Below are positions 63,514 to 64,000 of a DNA stretch of 64,000 bases, in pieces. Source of the stretch: Thermodesulfovibrionales bacterium (GTDB lineage: Bacteria > Nitrospirota > Thermodesulfovibrionia > Thermodesulfovibrionales > SM23-35). Each line of letters starts with the position of its first letter. Positions within the stretch are counted from its first letter, which is position 1. The stretch is from NCBI GenBank assembly GCA_963716185.1, contig OY970295.1:15864-79863 (forward strand), in the 5' to 3' direction. The notes under the pieces were generated by a model. That model saw only the letters and a list, made by a program, of their open reading frames with translations. It did no database searches and was not told the DNA's origin. The translations under genes and the position numbers were made by a program.

Positions 63514-64000
63514 ATCGACCCATGCCCAGTACCGCAGGGAATTTTATCCTGAAGACCGTTCCCCTGGCTGGTTCGCTTTCAATTTCTATACTCCCGCCCA
63601 GAGCCCTCGTGAGCTTGTCGACAATCGCAAGCCCCAGTCCGGTGCCCCTTGCTTTGGTTGTAAAAAATGAGGTGAAAGCCATGGACTTCGTCTCTTCGTC
63701 CATGCCGCAGCCGTTATCGTTGATTATTATAATTATTTTATCTGCTGCACGCTCCGCCCCGACTTCAATAAGGCCTCCTTCGTTCACCGCATCAGCAGCG
63801 TTCCGGAGTATATTGGAAAGTATCTGTTTCAACTTTTCCCTGTCCGACGCAATTGCCATGTCTCCGGGAATTACTGTGTTGATAGTTATCGCGGCCTGCT
63901 TCACCCTATCGGATTCCCGTAATACCTTCACCAATTCATCAGCCAGTTCAGACAGATTAAATTCTTCCACCCTGACTTCTGAAGGTCTCGCATACAGCAG
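63506..64000 (-). CDS. sensor histidine kinase, C-terminal part (runs off the window)
   Basis: NILRNAADA, DNGCG, FFTTKARGTGLGL. Confidence 0.9.
   Translation of the reverse strand: MLYARPSEVRVEEFNLSELADELVKVLRESDRVKQAAITINTVIPGDMAIASDREKLKQILSNILRNAADAVNEGGLIEVGAERAADKIIIIINDNGCGMDEETKSMAFTSFFTTKARGTGLGLAIVDKLTRALGGSIEIESEPARGTVFRIKFPAVLGMGRYE

Noticed and set aside
1..64000. CRISPR array, cas genes, rRNA or tRNA
   Set aside because: No repeat-spacer periodicity or recognisable structural RNA was seen by eye. The only regular array is the coding 15-bp repeat.

Overview
This is a bacterial accessory region, plausibly from an anaerobic Nitrospirota or Desulfobacterota genome (inferred from gene content only). 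0.2-8 kb: an rpoD-like sigma factor and a stress island (HPF-CSD, USP, FmdB zinc ribbon, DsrE, archaemetzincin, nitroreductase, GalT-like). 8-20 kb: a sensor kinase split by IS4, an IS1595 carrying passenger ORFs, an SPFH gene, CIRCE-groESL, IS630 and a decayed integrase/IS91 element. 20-31 kb: cassette-like genes with attI-like and attC-like relics, and IS1380 nested in a MITE. 31-46 kb: RND efflux remnants, cytochrome c, an unannotated 19-aa PAKK microprotein, a GAF-coupled two-subunit [NiFe]-hydrogenase, recR, a BaeSR-like pair and a Ca2+-type P-ATPase. 46.9-54.1 kb is the strongest candidate for an undescribed system. Two coupled MshEN-like membrane proteins together carry exactly five Arg-heptad DUF202/Vtc1-like units (3+2, matching the pentameric VTC polyphosphate channel), followed by a histidine kinase, a receiver protein and an atypical PEP-utilizing enzyme. 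54-64 kb: a Cyc2-like cytochrome-porin cluster with a sigma54 motif and a (MMGGG)10 cytochrome, a VapBC pair, ClC and a ZraPSR-like module. No rRNA, tRNA or CRISPR was seen. All family calls are by motif recognition without database searches, and some frameshifts could be sequencing errors.
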